Of a DNA stretch of 64,000 nucleotides, positions 1 to 8,982 are shown one piece after another. This stretch comes from Escherichia phage Barry. The stretch lies in sequence record LR880803; one strand, 5' to 3'. Under the pieces are notes generated by a model, which saw only the letters and a program-made list of their open reading frames with translations, did no database searches and was not told the origin of the DNA. The translations under genes and the position numbers were made by a program. How positions within the stretch are numbered: the first letter of the stretch is position 1; every line of letters begins with the position of its first letter.

Positions 1-2367
1 ATGCGCATGGTAAACGACCACGCAGAAGTGATTAAGAGTTCAACTTCTTTGGAGACATCTCAAGCACAGATTACAATGACACCTGAAATGTTCAGCCTTT
101 TGAGTTCAGGTGTATACACATTCAAAGAAAGGGCAGTGATTCGTGAACTGTCATGTAACGCAGTAGATGCTCAAAAAGAAGCTGGAAAAGAGAACATCCC
201 ATTCCATGTGCATTTACCTACTCGATTTGAGCCTTACTTTGAAGTCCGTGACTTTGGAACTGGTTTAACCCATGACAAAGTAATGAGTTTGTATCTGAAC
301 TATGGGGCTTCTACGAAGAATGACTCCAATGATTACATTGGTGCAATGGGTATCGGCTCAAAATCCCCATTTGCAATTGCTCAGTCATTCACAGTATCTA
401 GCTATGTTGATGGTGTTGTTAATAAGTACTCTGTTTACCTTGAGAATGGTATCCCTCAAGTAACTAAGCTTACTACCAACCCAACAAATGAACCCAATGG
501 TTTAGCTGTACGTGTGGCAGTTGCTGACCATCGTATTTCAAAGTTCTTTGAAGAGGCTGGTCACGTATACTCATACTTTGCTGTAAAACCAGAAAGTAAC
601 ATTGTATATGATGATGTATTAGCAGATATGAATGTCATTGCCCGTGAAGAGGGTGTTTATGATGCTATGATTCATAAGCAAAGCTGGCGTTCTAGTGGCA
701 ACAGGACAGAGTTTAATGTGGTGATGGGTAATATTGCCTACCCAGTGAACATGGAAGCATTACTTGGTGATGATTTCTTCAAAGTCTTGCCAGAGTTTTT
801 CCGTAGGAGCGTAGACCTTGTAAACATCTACATGCCTATTGGTTCAGTGGCTATTGCAGCTTCTCGTGAAGCATTGCAGATGAATGACACGACAAAAAAT
901 GTTATCATTGAGGCTACTAAAAAGATAACTGAAGCCATTACAAAGGATGTTATCAAGAAAGTTAACAACCAACCTACACTCATGGATGCTGCACAGGCTT
1001 ATGCTGAGTTACGTTTGAACTCACGAGAGATGTTTAATGCTGTGTGTCCAAAGCTAGAGTGGGGAGGCATTAAGCTTGATTCTCTGGAAGAAGAATTACT
1101 AAACATTCGTCGTGGGATTATCTACGCAGAAGACGGCTCAGTCATTTATGAACGTGACGGTAAAGGTAATATCAAGGTTGATAGGAACGGGAACAATATC
1201 CCTAAAGTGGATTATCTTTATAATCCAGTTGCTTATGTCAAGTTCAACTCTTTAGAGAGTAAGATTCGTGCAACAGCACTTTCCTACACTCAAGAGGCAA
1301 GTATGTTCAATATCTTTGGTGCAATGCGTAAAAGCCAAATTGAACAGTTTTTGTTCGTGATTAATGACCGTCGTAATAAAAATGGCACTGAGAAGACTGT
1401 AGGCCGCAATCAGATTCTGCGTGGTGCATGTCGAGACTATGCCAGTGAGTCAAGTCTGTTTCACAGATACAATGGTATTGTGTTTGTATTCTCGACTGAA
1501 AAAGATTTAGATGATTTAATCAATCTACACAAACTTGATAAAAGCTTGTTAAAGATTGTGAAAATGTCTGATAAGGAACACCATTACCAGCGCAAAGAAG
1601 CTGTAAGGGGTGTTGTAAAACTCTGGAAAGCTGTACCGGCAGAGGGTGTAGCCTCATACACAGAGGTGTCAGAAGACTTAGACACAATTGAAGAACCCCA
1701 GCTTTACATTAAGGCAGTAGGTGACACAGTTGATGGCGAATGCTTTTGCTCATCTCCAGAAGATGTAGCTAAGTCAGTTGCTAATTTTATAGGGAAGACA
1801 GTCTATGTTTTCCGAAAAGCAAATTGGAAAAAGATACCAGAAGACTGGATTGAAGTAGATGAGAAGCTCTTGAACGACAGCTTAACTGATGTTCACTGGA
1901 TTAATCATAACAGGTATATGACACGCATCTACATGAATGGTGTTCTTGACCTTACAAGCAGTTGGATTATTGCCAGAAACTTTACATTCAATAACAGGAA
2001 GATTTCTCGTGGTTATTGCTACTCACGAGATACTAGCAAAACTATCTTCCTAGAAGGTAACGAAGAGGCTGTAGAGGCAATTTTCGGTAAAATCCAGTAT
2101 GTTGCTGCACCATTTGCATACACTTACACTATTAGTGTGTTGAAGACTTTGAAAGAATGTCTTGACAATGATACAAAGCTTTACAAGAAAATTAAGAAAG
2201 CTGGCGACCGCATGGTTATTAAGTTGACAAACTACCTTTCAAAAAGAAAACAAGAAAACTTCTTGCTTTCCCATTTAGATTGGAATAAAGTGTCACCTAT
2301 TGAAGTGAGTAAGTTTTTAGGCTTTAATGTGAAATGTGTTCCAGAAGGTACAACAGTTTACGATTAA
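1..2367 (+). CDS. rIIA: rIIA-like protein with N-terminal GHKL (Hsp90/histidine-kinase type) ATPase fold; ORF begins at the window edge, so the true start may lie at or just upstream of position 1
   Basis: 788-aa ORF; GHKL N-box ELSCNAVDA, G1 box RDFGTGL, G2 box GAMGIGSKSPF; block order and surrounding residues (LLSSGVYTFKERAVIREL) match my recollection of T4 rIIA; followed by an rIIB homolog. Confidence 0.8.
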   Translation: MRMVNDHAEVIKSSTSLETSQAQITMTPEMFSLLSSGVYTFKERAVIRELSCNAVDAQKEAGKENIPFHVHLPTRFEPYFEVRDFGTGLTHDKVMSLYLNYGASTKNDSNDYIGAMGIGSKSPFAIAQSFTVSSYVDGVVNKYSVYLENGIPQVTKLTTNPTNEPNGLAVRVAVADHRISKFFEEAGHVYSYFAVKPESNIVYDDVLADMNVIAREEGVYDAMIHKQSWRSSGNRTEFNVVMGNIAYPVNMEALLGDDFFKVLPEFFRRSVDLVNIYMPIGSVAIAASREALQMNDTTKNVIIEATKKITEAITKDVIKKVNNQPTLMDAAQAYAELRLNSREMFNAVCPKLEWGGIKLDSLEEELLNIRRGIIYAEDGSVIYERDGKGNIKVDRNGNNIPKVDYLYNPVAYVKFNSLESKIRATALSYTQEASMFNIFGAMRKSQIEQFLFVINDRRNKNGTEKTVGRNQILRGACRDYASESSLFHRYNGIVFVFSTEKDLDDLINLHKLDKSLLKIVKMSDKEHHYQRKEAVRGVVKLWKAVPAEGVASYTEVSEDLDTIEEPQLYIKAVGDTVDGECFCSSPEDVAKSVANFIGKTVYVFRKANWKKIPEDWIEVDEKLLNDSLTDVHWINHNRYMTRIYMNGVLDLTSSWIIARNFTFNNRKISRGYCYSRDTSKTIFLEGNEEAVEAIFGKIQYVAAPFAYTYTISVLKTLKECLDNDTKLYKKIKKAGDRMVIKLTNYLSKRKQENFLLSHLDWNKVSPIEVSKFLGFNVKCVPEGTTVYD

Positions 2368-2446
2368 AGTGCTTGACAAGGGGCTTTGAAGCCCCTTAGA
2401 ATAGCCTCACAAAATGATTTATTAACTAACAAGAGAGAGTAATAAG

Positions 2447-3556
2447 ATGACTACTAAAACTAAAGCACAGATTGACGCAGAAATTTACAAACTGGTTAAA
2501 GAGGGTAAGCTGACTAAAACAGCTATTGCACAGAAATTTAACACCTCAACCCGTTCAGTCGGTCGTGCTGTAGAGCGTCATGAAGCAACCTTAAAAGGGA
2601 ATAAAAAGGCAACTTCTACACCAGCTACGAAGACTTTAAAGCAAGTTGCTAAGACCTTTAAAAAGAAATCTGACAAGCCAGTTAAAAAGGTTGTTAAAGA
2701 GGATGTACAGAAAGCTCCGGTAAATAAACTGCATGAAGCTATGCAGAATGGCAACCAGATTGAGTACATGATTACTGGTGACTCTGTTATCATGACTTTC
2801 GGTGCAGATTCTGAAATCGTTGAATCTACCCATCCGAACTACAAAGAAATCGTGATGGCTGTTGTATCCGGTGAGTATAAGAAAGCTTTCGAACTGATGA
2901 ACATTCGTAAGTCTATCGAAAACTTCACTCAGGGTGCTATCACCATCAAAGGTGACAAGTTATTCTACGGTGCTGTTGAGATGCGTTCTACTCTGGTTGA
3001 CCGTATTCTTCACATGATGAAGACTGGAGATAAGGGTTTTGAACGCCTTGTGATGTTCTTCGAAAAACTGATGGAAAACCCATCTAAAGATTCTGTAGAA
3101 CAACTTTGGGGATTCGTATCTCACCTTGATGTTGAAATTGATGAAGAAGGCTACATCATTGGTTGGAAGAAAGTCTCTACTCGTGAAGGCAAGCTGGTTG
3201 ACTCCCACACCTACAGAGTACCTAATGATTTGGGTAACATTGTAGAAATGCCACGTTGGATGGTTGATAATAACCGTAACGTGACTTGCTCTCAAGGTCT
3301 TCACGTTGGTGCTTGGGATTACGTTCGTTGCTTCTCAGGTGATACAATCCTGAAGGTTCGTGTCCATCCACGAGATGTTGTATCTGTTCCAACTGATTAC
3401 AACGATATGAAGATGCGTTCTTCTCGTTATGAAGTTGCAGCAATCGTTGATAATCAACGTAAAGTGCTGAAAGAATGGGATGGCAAGACTGAAGCTTTGC
3501 ATGTCATCGTTGGTACTGCTGGAGAACTTATCTCTCAACGTAAACGTGAAATCTAA
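2447..3556 (+). CDS. rIIB: rIIB-like protein
   Basis: 369-aa ORF directly after rIIA; C-terminal block KVRVHPRDVVSVPTDYNDMKMR and CSQGLHV resemble T4 rIIB as I recall it; SD GAGAG upstream. Confidence 0.75.
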   Translation: MTTKTKAQIDAEIYKLVKEGKLTKTAIAQKFNTSTRSVGRAVERHEATLKGNKKATSTPATKTLKQVAKTFKKKSDKPVKKVVKEDVQKAPVNKLHEAMQNGNQIEYMITGDSVIMTFGADSEIVESTHPNYKEIVMAVVSGEYKKAFELMNIRKSIENFTQGAITIKGDKLFYGAVEMRSTLVDRILHMMKTGDKGFERLVMFFEKLMENPSKDSVEQLWGFVSHLDVEIDEEGYIIGWKKVSTREGKLVDSHTYRVPNDLGNIVEMPRWMVDNNRNVTCSQGLHVGAWDYVRCFSGDTILKVRVHPRDVVSVPTDYNDMKMRSSRYEVAAIVDNQRKVLKEWDGKTEALHVIVGTAGELISQRKREI

Positions 3557-3573
3557 TAAGTAATTTCTTAAAA

Positions 3574-3596
3574 GGCTGCTTCGGCGGCCTTTTTTA
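3574..3596 (+). terminator. rho-independent terminator after rIIB
   Basis: hairpin GGCTGC-TTCG-GCGGCC followed by TTTTTTATTT. Confidence 0.6.
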
Positions 3597-3656
3597 TTTG
3601 TATTTTGTGCAGAGTGCTGTATAATTGTTGTCACGATAAACTAAACAGGAGAACCA

Positions 3657-4205
3657 ATGAAGAAATTGATTCTAGGTTTGTGCTTAATGTTTACAGCACA
3701 CTTATCTTACGCAGTTGACTGCCCAGAGCTATCAATTAGCCAAAAAGTAAACATGTTAAAAGCTTACCAGTATGGTGAGAATAACATGGGTAAAGGTTGG
3801 GGTATCACTCTAGCTGCTATAGCCTTACAAGAGTCAGAGTTAGGTCTGAAGGTAGAGAATAAAAAGACACATGACTATGGTATTTTCCAGAATCACTTGA
3901 AGACTGTTGTAAAGCGTAACAAAATTAGCCCTAATGTGGCTAAAAAGAAACTCTTAAGAGACTTTGATTATGCTGCGAAGGAAACGCACAAAGAACTTGA
4001 GTTTTGGACAAAGGTGCATGGTCAGCCAAAGTCAAAGAAGACTTTACAAAAAGTTTTAGCATCATATAATGCTGGGTATTCGTACAGAATCCCTAAAGCT
4101 AAGAAATATTCTCAAGATGTTTATAACAATATGAAAGTAATTGCTCAATGTGAATTTGCAACAAACATTTCTAAGGTAAACCATGAAAAAATTAAGAAAG
4201 TCTGA
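3657..4205 (+). CDS. secreted lytic-transglycosylase-like protein (SLT-type motif)
   Basis: N-terminal signal peptide MKKLILGLCLMFTAHLSYA; AIALQESELG and YGIFQ resemble the SLT catalytic Glu/Ser and GLMQ blocks; SD AGGAG upstream. Confidence 0.45.
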   Translation: MKKLILGLCLMFTAHLSYAVDCPELSISQKVNMLKAYQYGENNMGKGWGITLAAIALQESELGLKVENKKTHDYGIFQNHLKTVVKRNKISPNVAKKKLLRDFDYAAKETHKELEFWTKVHGQPKSKKTLQKVLASYNAGYSYRIPKAKKYSQDVYNNMKVIAQCEFATNISKVNHEKIKKV

Positions 4206-4878
4206 TGAAGTATTGTGCCATGCTTATGACTTACATCCTCATGAGTTAGGTCTTGATTCCTGTGTATGGACTCCAGAACAGTGCAGGGATTTTGAAGACA
4301 CCGCAAGAGAAGTTGTATGTTCACTTGAAGATTTCCACACATCAGAACCAATTGTGAACGTTGTGGACAAAAAGACTGGGAAATCCATAGGTGTAAAACA
4401 TGATAGCTTAGTCATAGTCAACAAAGACCTTGTAGAGAAAGGTAATCTTATCTTAGCAGATATTGATGGAGTTCTTACAAATTTTAATCACGAAGATTGT
4501 TCAACGGAATTGACTGACGGTTCATTCTCGCAGTATACCAATCTTCTTGATTCTGTAAGAGCAAAGCCGACGTATGTTTTCAATATCATTGATGCAATTG
4601 CTAATCATGCTGCTGTTGGACTCTTGACAGCGAGAGGCGAATCTCAGAGAATACCTACTGAGATGTTTTTAAGGCATAACACAGAGCATGACTACATGCT
4701 TTTTATGCGTGGTTTTGGGACTAACTCTATAAGTGCAGAAAGTTTGAAAGTGAGGATGATTCAGTCTTGCATTCTGCCTTACTTTAATATAGTATGTTTT
4801 ATAGAAGATACAGAGAAGAATGTGCAGAAGGTGAACAGAATCCTTCCACACATCAAAACCATGTTAGTTAAACATTGA
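4183..4878 (+). CDS. HAD-superfamily-like hydrolase (possible nucleotidase/phosphatase); start uncertain
   Basis: 231-aa ORF; motif LILADIDGVLTN fits HAD motif I DxDG(T/V); overlaps previous gene by 23 nt. Confidence 0.35.
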   Translation: MKKLRKSDEVLCHAYDLHPHELGLDSCVWTPEQCRDFEDTAREVVCSLEDFHTSEPIVNVVDKKTGKSIGVKHDSLVIVNKDLVEKGNLILADIDGVLTNFNHEDCSTELTDGSFSQYTNLLDSVRAKPTYVFNIIDAIANHAAVGLLTARGESQRIPTEMFLRHNTEHDYMLFMRGFGTNSISAESLKVRMIQSCILPYFNIVCFIEDTEKNVQKVNRILPHIKTMLVKH

Positions 4879-4888
4879 GAGAAAACTT

Positions 4889-5353
4889 ATGAACAATATC
4901 ATTACGGTAGCACTGGACGTTACGGCAAACAAATCTGAAGTAGTTCGTAACATTATCAAGAGCAACTTTGAGGGTAAAATCTTCCGTGCTGTCAATGTAA
5001 AAGCAGACGGCAACATCCGAGAGTATCGTGCTCTTTTGAATGTTAAGAAACACGTAAAAGGTTCTGGCTCAACGACAGCACACAAAGAAAACCTGATGAC
5101 CATCTATGATATGGGGATGGCTTCAGAATTAGGTGCTGAAGGTATCGTTAAAGAAGGTGCTCCGTATCGTTCTTTCAATCTGGAAACTGCTCTCATGCTT
5201 TCCTTTACAAGTGGTTCTAAAACAACTACTTATCTCTTTACTGATGCTGCAACGGTATCTGCTATCAAGGATAGCACTGTCAAAGCTGGGGTAGCTGCTG
5301 CTGCAAAAGCTTCTTCGATGGCTGCAAATGTCCTTGCTAAAGTCCTCGGTTAA
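4889..5353 (+). CDS. hypothetical protein
   Basis: 154-aa ORF, SD GAGAGAAAA upstream, followed by a terminator. Confidence 0.5.
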   Translation: MNNIITVALDVTANKSEVVRNIIKSNFEGKIFRAVNVKADGNIREYRALLNVKKHVKGSGSTTAHKENLMTIYDMGMASELGAEGIVKEGAPYRSFNLETALMLSFTSGSKTTTYLFTDAATVSAIKDSTVKAGVAAAAKASSMAANVLAKVLG

Positions 5354-5365
5354 GGTTAAGATACA

Positions 5366-5388
5366 GGCTCCTTCGGGAGCCTTTTTCA
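5366..5388 (+). terminator. rho-independent terminator
   Basis: hairpin GGCTCC-TTCG-GGAGCC followed by TTTTT. Confidence 0.6.
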
Positions 5389-5405
5389 TTTTAGGAGATT
5401 GTTAA

Positions 5406-5753
5406 ATGACATTTAAAGAGTTCTGTCAAGCCACTTTCATAATTGTTTTCTTAGTTGGGGCAGGTGTCTGGGGAGGATACTCTTACAGAGACTATCAAGT
5501 TGCTGAAACTGAGCTAAATAATCAAAAGCTCATAAGTGTTGCTAAAGATGCTTATCAGGAAGGATTAGCCACACTGAGCACCAATTACAAAAATGATTTG
5601 AAAGATGTGCTTGCTAAGAATAAGCATACAAAAGAGGTACTAACATATGAAAAAACTAAGCCAGAGTTTTATAATGTTTGTGTTACTGATAACTATGTCA
5701 GGGTGTTCAACGAACAAAGTGAGCAGTACATTCAAAAACTCCCAAGTAAGTGA
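5406..5753 (+). CDS. i-spanin-like protein (N-terminal TM helix then periplasmic helical region)
   Basis: N-terminal hydrophobic segment FIIVFLVGAGVWGG; its 3' end is overlapped out of frame by a lipoprotein ORF. Confidence 0.4.
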   Translation: MTFKEFCQATFIIVFLVGAGVWGGYSYRDYQVAETELNNQKLISVAKDAYQEGLATLSTNYKNDLKDVLAKNKHTKEVLTYEKTKPEFYNVCVTDNYVRVFNEQSEQYIQKLPSK

Positions 5754-5916
5754 GAGTGATAAGTACACTCAAGAAGAATCACGGTATATCATCAAAGGCA
5801 ACACAGGCAGTGATGTAGCAGCAGCCCTTGAGTTCTATCGTGACGGATTTTACCAGTGCACAATCAAAGCTAATAACCTTATTGACATGATTTTACTAGG
5901 GAATAAGCAGCAATGA
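5647..5916 (+). CDS. o-spanin-like outer-membrane lipoprotein (overlapped architecture)
   Basis: signal peptide with lipobox-like ITMSGC; Cys in C-terminal part; starts inside 5406..5753 in another frame. Confidence 0.4.
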   Translation: MKKLSQSFIMFVLLITMSGCSTNKVSSTFKNSQVSESDKYTQEESRYIIKGNTGSDVAAALEFYRDGFYQCTIKANNLIDMILLGNKQQ

Positions 5917-6182
5917 CAGAGAATCAAGATACTTTCTATGTAGAAGGTTACTTACTGTTACCACGACCAAAAGAAACTTATATGCGAATTGATTTCATAC
6001 CAACCATCATGGATAATGTGATGTGCCATATCTTTATGCAAGGTGTCACAGCACAACTTAAGCATGTTGGCAAAGAGTGCAAAATAAAGGTTGACACTCA
6101 TCCAGAAATCAAAGAAAATCACTACACATGGTTCTTACCAGACTCTAAAGAAATCTTAGCAGTTCTTAAAACGAGGAAGTAA
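5913..6182 (+). CDS. hypothetical protein
   Basis: 89-aa ORF, tightly coupled (start overlaps previous stop). Confidence 0.4.
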   Translation: MTENQDTFYVEGYLLLPRPKETYMRIDFIPTIMDNVMCHIFMQGVTAQLKHVGKECKIKVDTHPEIKENHYTWFLPDSKEILAVLKTRK

Positions 6183-6184
6183 CT

Positions 6185-6508
6185 ATGCAGATTAATGGAA
6201 GAGACTTTGTAGCCGTTTACTACGAGAAAGGTAAAGAAGTTGGCGTAGCACAAGTATCTTATGGCAATGGTAAGTGGCTATATGGAACAATCGCAGTAGT
6301 AGGAACAAGAAGTGATACAAAAACTTTTAAAGATTGTGTTGACCTTCTTGAAGAATCCATCCAGAATCATTGGTGTCTGATATGGATGACTGATAACGAA
6401 GTGATGGAGCGTTTCAAAAAGATTGATATCAACATTGACAGTATTGAGCATGTTGATTTATATGAGCTAACTGAGAAGGTAAACTATGAAAGCTCTAGAG
6501 GTAATTGA
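6185..6508 (+). CDS. hypothetical protein
   Basis: 107-aa ORF, SD GAGGAAG upstream. Confidence 0.4.
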   Translation: MQINGRDFVAVYYEKGKEVGVAQVSYGNGKWLYGTIAVVGTRSDTKTFKDCVDLLEESIQNHWCLIWMTDNEVMERFKKIDINIDSIEHVDLYELTEKVNYESSRGN

Positions 6509-6713
6509 CAAAGATACTGGAGAGGTCACGTCAGCATGTGTTTTTGTGAGTCACGACACAGTGATACCATTTTACAGCCTCGACAGTTTTAGTTTTACAG
6601 GGACAACTCCAGAGGAATACTTTGAAGACCTCACCTTTGCCAGAATCTCTATAGACACATTCTATAAATGCTTCTATGATGAAGGTAAAGAATTACGAGA
6701 AACTGAACTATAA
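6486..6713 (+). CDS. hypothetical protein
   Basis: 75-aa ORF, overlaps previous by 23 nt. Confidence 0.35.
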   Translation: MKALEVIDKDTGEVTSACVFVSHDTVIPFYSLDSFSFTGTTPEEYFEDLTFARISIDTFYKCFYDEGKELRETEL

Positions 6714-6725
6714 GGTATATATTAT

Positions 6726-6926
6726 ATGGCTGACTTCTGCAAAGACTGTTCTATCGAAATGTTCGGACGTGATACAGGTGACTTAAAAGGTCTTATCACT
6801 GAAGATGATTTTAAAGCTGGCTATGCAATGCCAGTAATCTGTGAAGGTTGTGGGTGCATCTGGGTAGACCATGAGGGGCAACGTGTAAAACCTTCAGAAG
6901 ATAAAGAATCTTGGGAGAGATGTTAA
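6726..6926 (+). CDS. small zinc-ribbon protein
   Basis: 66 aa with CxxC ... CxGCGC cysteine pairs. Confidence 0.4.
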   Translation: MADFCKDCSIEMFGRDTGDLKGLITEDDFKAGYAMPVICEGCGCIWVDHEGQRVKPSEDKESWERC

Positions 6927-7712
6927 ATGGGTATTGTAAAAATCATCAATGGCGATATCTTTGCCGCATTTGATAAAGGTAAGTTTGACATCATTGGTCA
7001 CGGTTGCAACTGTATGAATTTAATGGGTGCAGGTATCGCTGACAAGATTTCTAAACTTTACCCAAAAGCATATGAGACCGATACAGAAGTTTATCTATAT
7101 GCAGATGGTATAGGCCACAAACCCTGTGAAAATTTACTGGGTAATTTCTCTGTAGCACGTTTAAAACAAGGTCGAATAGCTAACCTTTACACTCAGCTTA
7201 AGACTGGTAAAGATGCCCGATACAGTGCTTTAGAATCATCTTTGAAACAGCTTAACAGATACTGTGAAGTTAACCAGTTGAAGAAAGTTGGTCTACCTAT
7301 GATTGGTGCAGGTATCGGTGGGCTAGACCCTCAAGCCGTCACAGTTATCATTAATCAGGTGATGAAGAGTGTAGATGTGTATCTGTATGTCTATGAAGGA
7401 GAGATGTACCACAAGTTACGCTCAGGTTGGAAGAACTACTGTGAACCAGAATACTTTGCAGGTGTAGTAACGTTCACAGACAATACAGTTACCCTCTTCA
7501 GACGAAGAAAAGGTAAGATACATCAAAGTAACCCTCCGGTTGAAAAGATGTCTCTGAGTAACGCTCTAGTTACCCACCTGTCGAAGAGCAATCACAGAAT
7601 TGCAGTAACATTTGGCAGTGATGCAGATACTTATATCTATGCAAGGACTGATGAGGGTATTGAGTTAATCTTCTCTTCACCAGAGCTTACCTTCTTAGAC
7701 GCAAAGAACTAA
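6927..7712 (+). CDS. macro-domain-like protein (putative ADP-ribose binding/processing) with extra C-terminal domain
   Basis: N-terminal INGDIF ... FDIIGHGCNCMNLMGAGIADKI resembles the macro domain GDIT ... DAIVNAAN..LxGGGGV block; motif-level only. Confidence 0.4.
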   Translation: MGIVKIINGDIFAAFDKGKFDIIGHGCNCMNLMGAGIADKISKLYPKAYETDTEVYLYADGIGHKPCENLLGNFSVARLKQGRIANLYTQLKTGKDARYSALESSLKQLNRYCEVNQLKKVGLPMIGAGIGGLDPQAVTVIINQVMKSVDVYLYVYEGEMYHKLRSGWKNYCEPEYFAGVVTFTDNTVTLFRRRKGKIHQSNPPVEKMSLSNALVTHLSKSNHRIAVTFGSDADTYIYARTDEGIELIFSSPELTFLDAKN

Positions 7713-7785
7713 GAAATTTCGTAGTATATTCACAATAGACTAAGCCTTTCTTATCTGGTAAATTTTTCAGGTAAGGAGGGCTTTT

Positions 7786-7966
7786 TCATTTCAGATTTGT
7801 GCAGGTAGAGTTCTGTAGAGAAATCTGTAGAGAGAATTTTAAACTCCAAAGAGAAAATTCATTTTCAAACTGTGCAGGTAATCTCCAAAGAGCTTTTTCA
7901 TTTTCAAAACGTGCAGACCCCGCTCAGGTCGGGCAAGAAAAATCATTTTAGAATTGTGCAGGTAGG
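7786..7966 (+). repeat. four direct copies of a ~24-bp motif (consensus TTTCATTTTCAAAnnGTGCAGGTA) in a 500-bp non-coding region
   Basis: copies near 7789, 7856, 7895 and 7941; CTGTAGAGA also occurs twice between them. Confidence 0.6.
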
Positions 7967-8140
7967 TGGGTGTAGGTGGGGCTGTCGCCATTTCTCACAA
8001 GGCTACCACATCTGAAAATAAAAGTCAACAGAAAAATTTGTAGCGGATTGAAAAATAATTCTTGATTGTAGTTCTGTTTTGTGGTAGTCGCGCGCACCCG
8101 TTTCATTACAATTTTTGCAAAAATATTTTTAAAATTCCTA

Positions 8141-8169
8141 TTGACTCTTTGAGTATGGTTATCTAATAT
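8141..8169 (+). promoter_or_regulatory. sigma70-like promoter upstream of the small-gene array
   Basis: TTGACT - 17 bp - TAATAT. Confidence 0.5.
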
Positions 8170-8219
8170 TTGCATCAGACGGGCAATCAAGCCCACTTCC
8201 TAAACTGGAGAATCTAAAA

Positions 8220-8426
8220 ATGCTTTACAGTCGCGAATTGATGGTTACAACTAACATTAACACAAAGGCAAAACGTTTTTACATGCAAATCTGTGGCGTA
8301 TGGTCCAGAATATCAGAAGCTGACTATTGCAACTATGTAGAAACGGCTATTAATTCGAATTGCTACCTTACAAGAAACACTAAGAAGTTTACAAGACAGA
8401 CAGCAATTTACTACTACGATAAATAA
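8220..8426 (+). CDS. hypothetical small protein
   Basis: 68-aa ORF with leader CTAAACTGGAGAATCTAAAAATG. Confidence 0.4.
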   Translation: MLYSRELMVTTNINTKAKRFYMQICGVWSRISEADYCNYVETAINSNCYLTRNTKKFTRQTAIYYYDK

Positions 8427-8512
8427 AGTACTTTACAAGGGGCTTATAGTTCGATAAAGTAAGCCCCAGATAAAGAGCTTTACTAACTAACCTTAAACTA
8501 GGAGATTCAAAA
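8426..8512 (+). repeat. leader cassette family A, copy 1 (hairpin GGGGCTTA...TAAGCCCC + SD)
   Basis: GTACTTTACAAGGGGCTTATAGTTCGATAAAGTAAGCCCCAGATAAAGAGCTTTAC...GGAGATTCAAAAATG; embedded TTTACA-17-TAAAGT. Confidence 0.7.
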
Positions 8513-8896
8513 ATGGCTTATCGTGCACCGAAATTCATCAACAAAGACAACTTTCGCAAAGTACTGGAGAAGTCACTTGATGAGAATTTTAAAGGCAATA
8601 TTATTGTTGTTCACGCATTCAATTTTAAGTATGATGTAAACGGGAATAGAATCAACCATTACACGGCAACCATGTTAGATGGTACACTATCAAGTGAAAA
8701 AGCCGTACTGAATGCACTAGCAGGACGCGGAAAAGTATTAGTAAGATGCGATAAGCGACGTTATCAGGGTGGCGCATATGGTTATGATGATGCTGTTTAT
8801 CATCTTGAAAATATGGGCTATAAAGTAGAAAAAGCTGGAGTATCGCAAATCATCGGGAGCGATGGTTATGTAACAATCTTCAAAATTAACGAATAA
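8513..8896 (+). CDS. hypothetical protein
   Basis: 127-aa ORF directly after cassette A. Confidence 0.5.
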   Translation: MAYRAPKFINKDNFRKVLEKSLDENFKGNIIVVHAFNFKYDVNGNRINHYTATMLDGTLSSEKAVLNALAGRGKVLVRCDKRRYQGGAYGYDDAVYHLENMGYKVEKAGVSQIIGSDGYVTIFKINE

Positions 8897-8982
8897 AGTA
8901 CTTTACAAGGGGCTTATAGTTCGATAAAGTAAGCCCCAGATAAAGAGCTTTACCACTAAATCCTAAATTGGAGAACTTAAAA
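8896..8982 (+). repeat. leader cassette family A, copy 2
   Basis: near-identical to copy 1. Confidence 0.7.

Noticed and set aside
2578-3634. Five antisense ORFs inside rIIB (2578..2793, 2636..2833, 2960..3304, 3222..3443, 3335..3634)
   Set aside because: rIIB is well supported on the + strand; the antisense ORFs are low-complexity with no translation signals.
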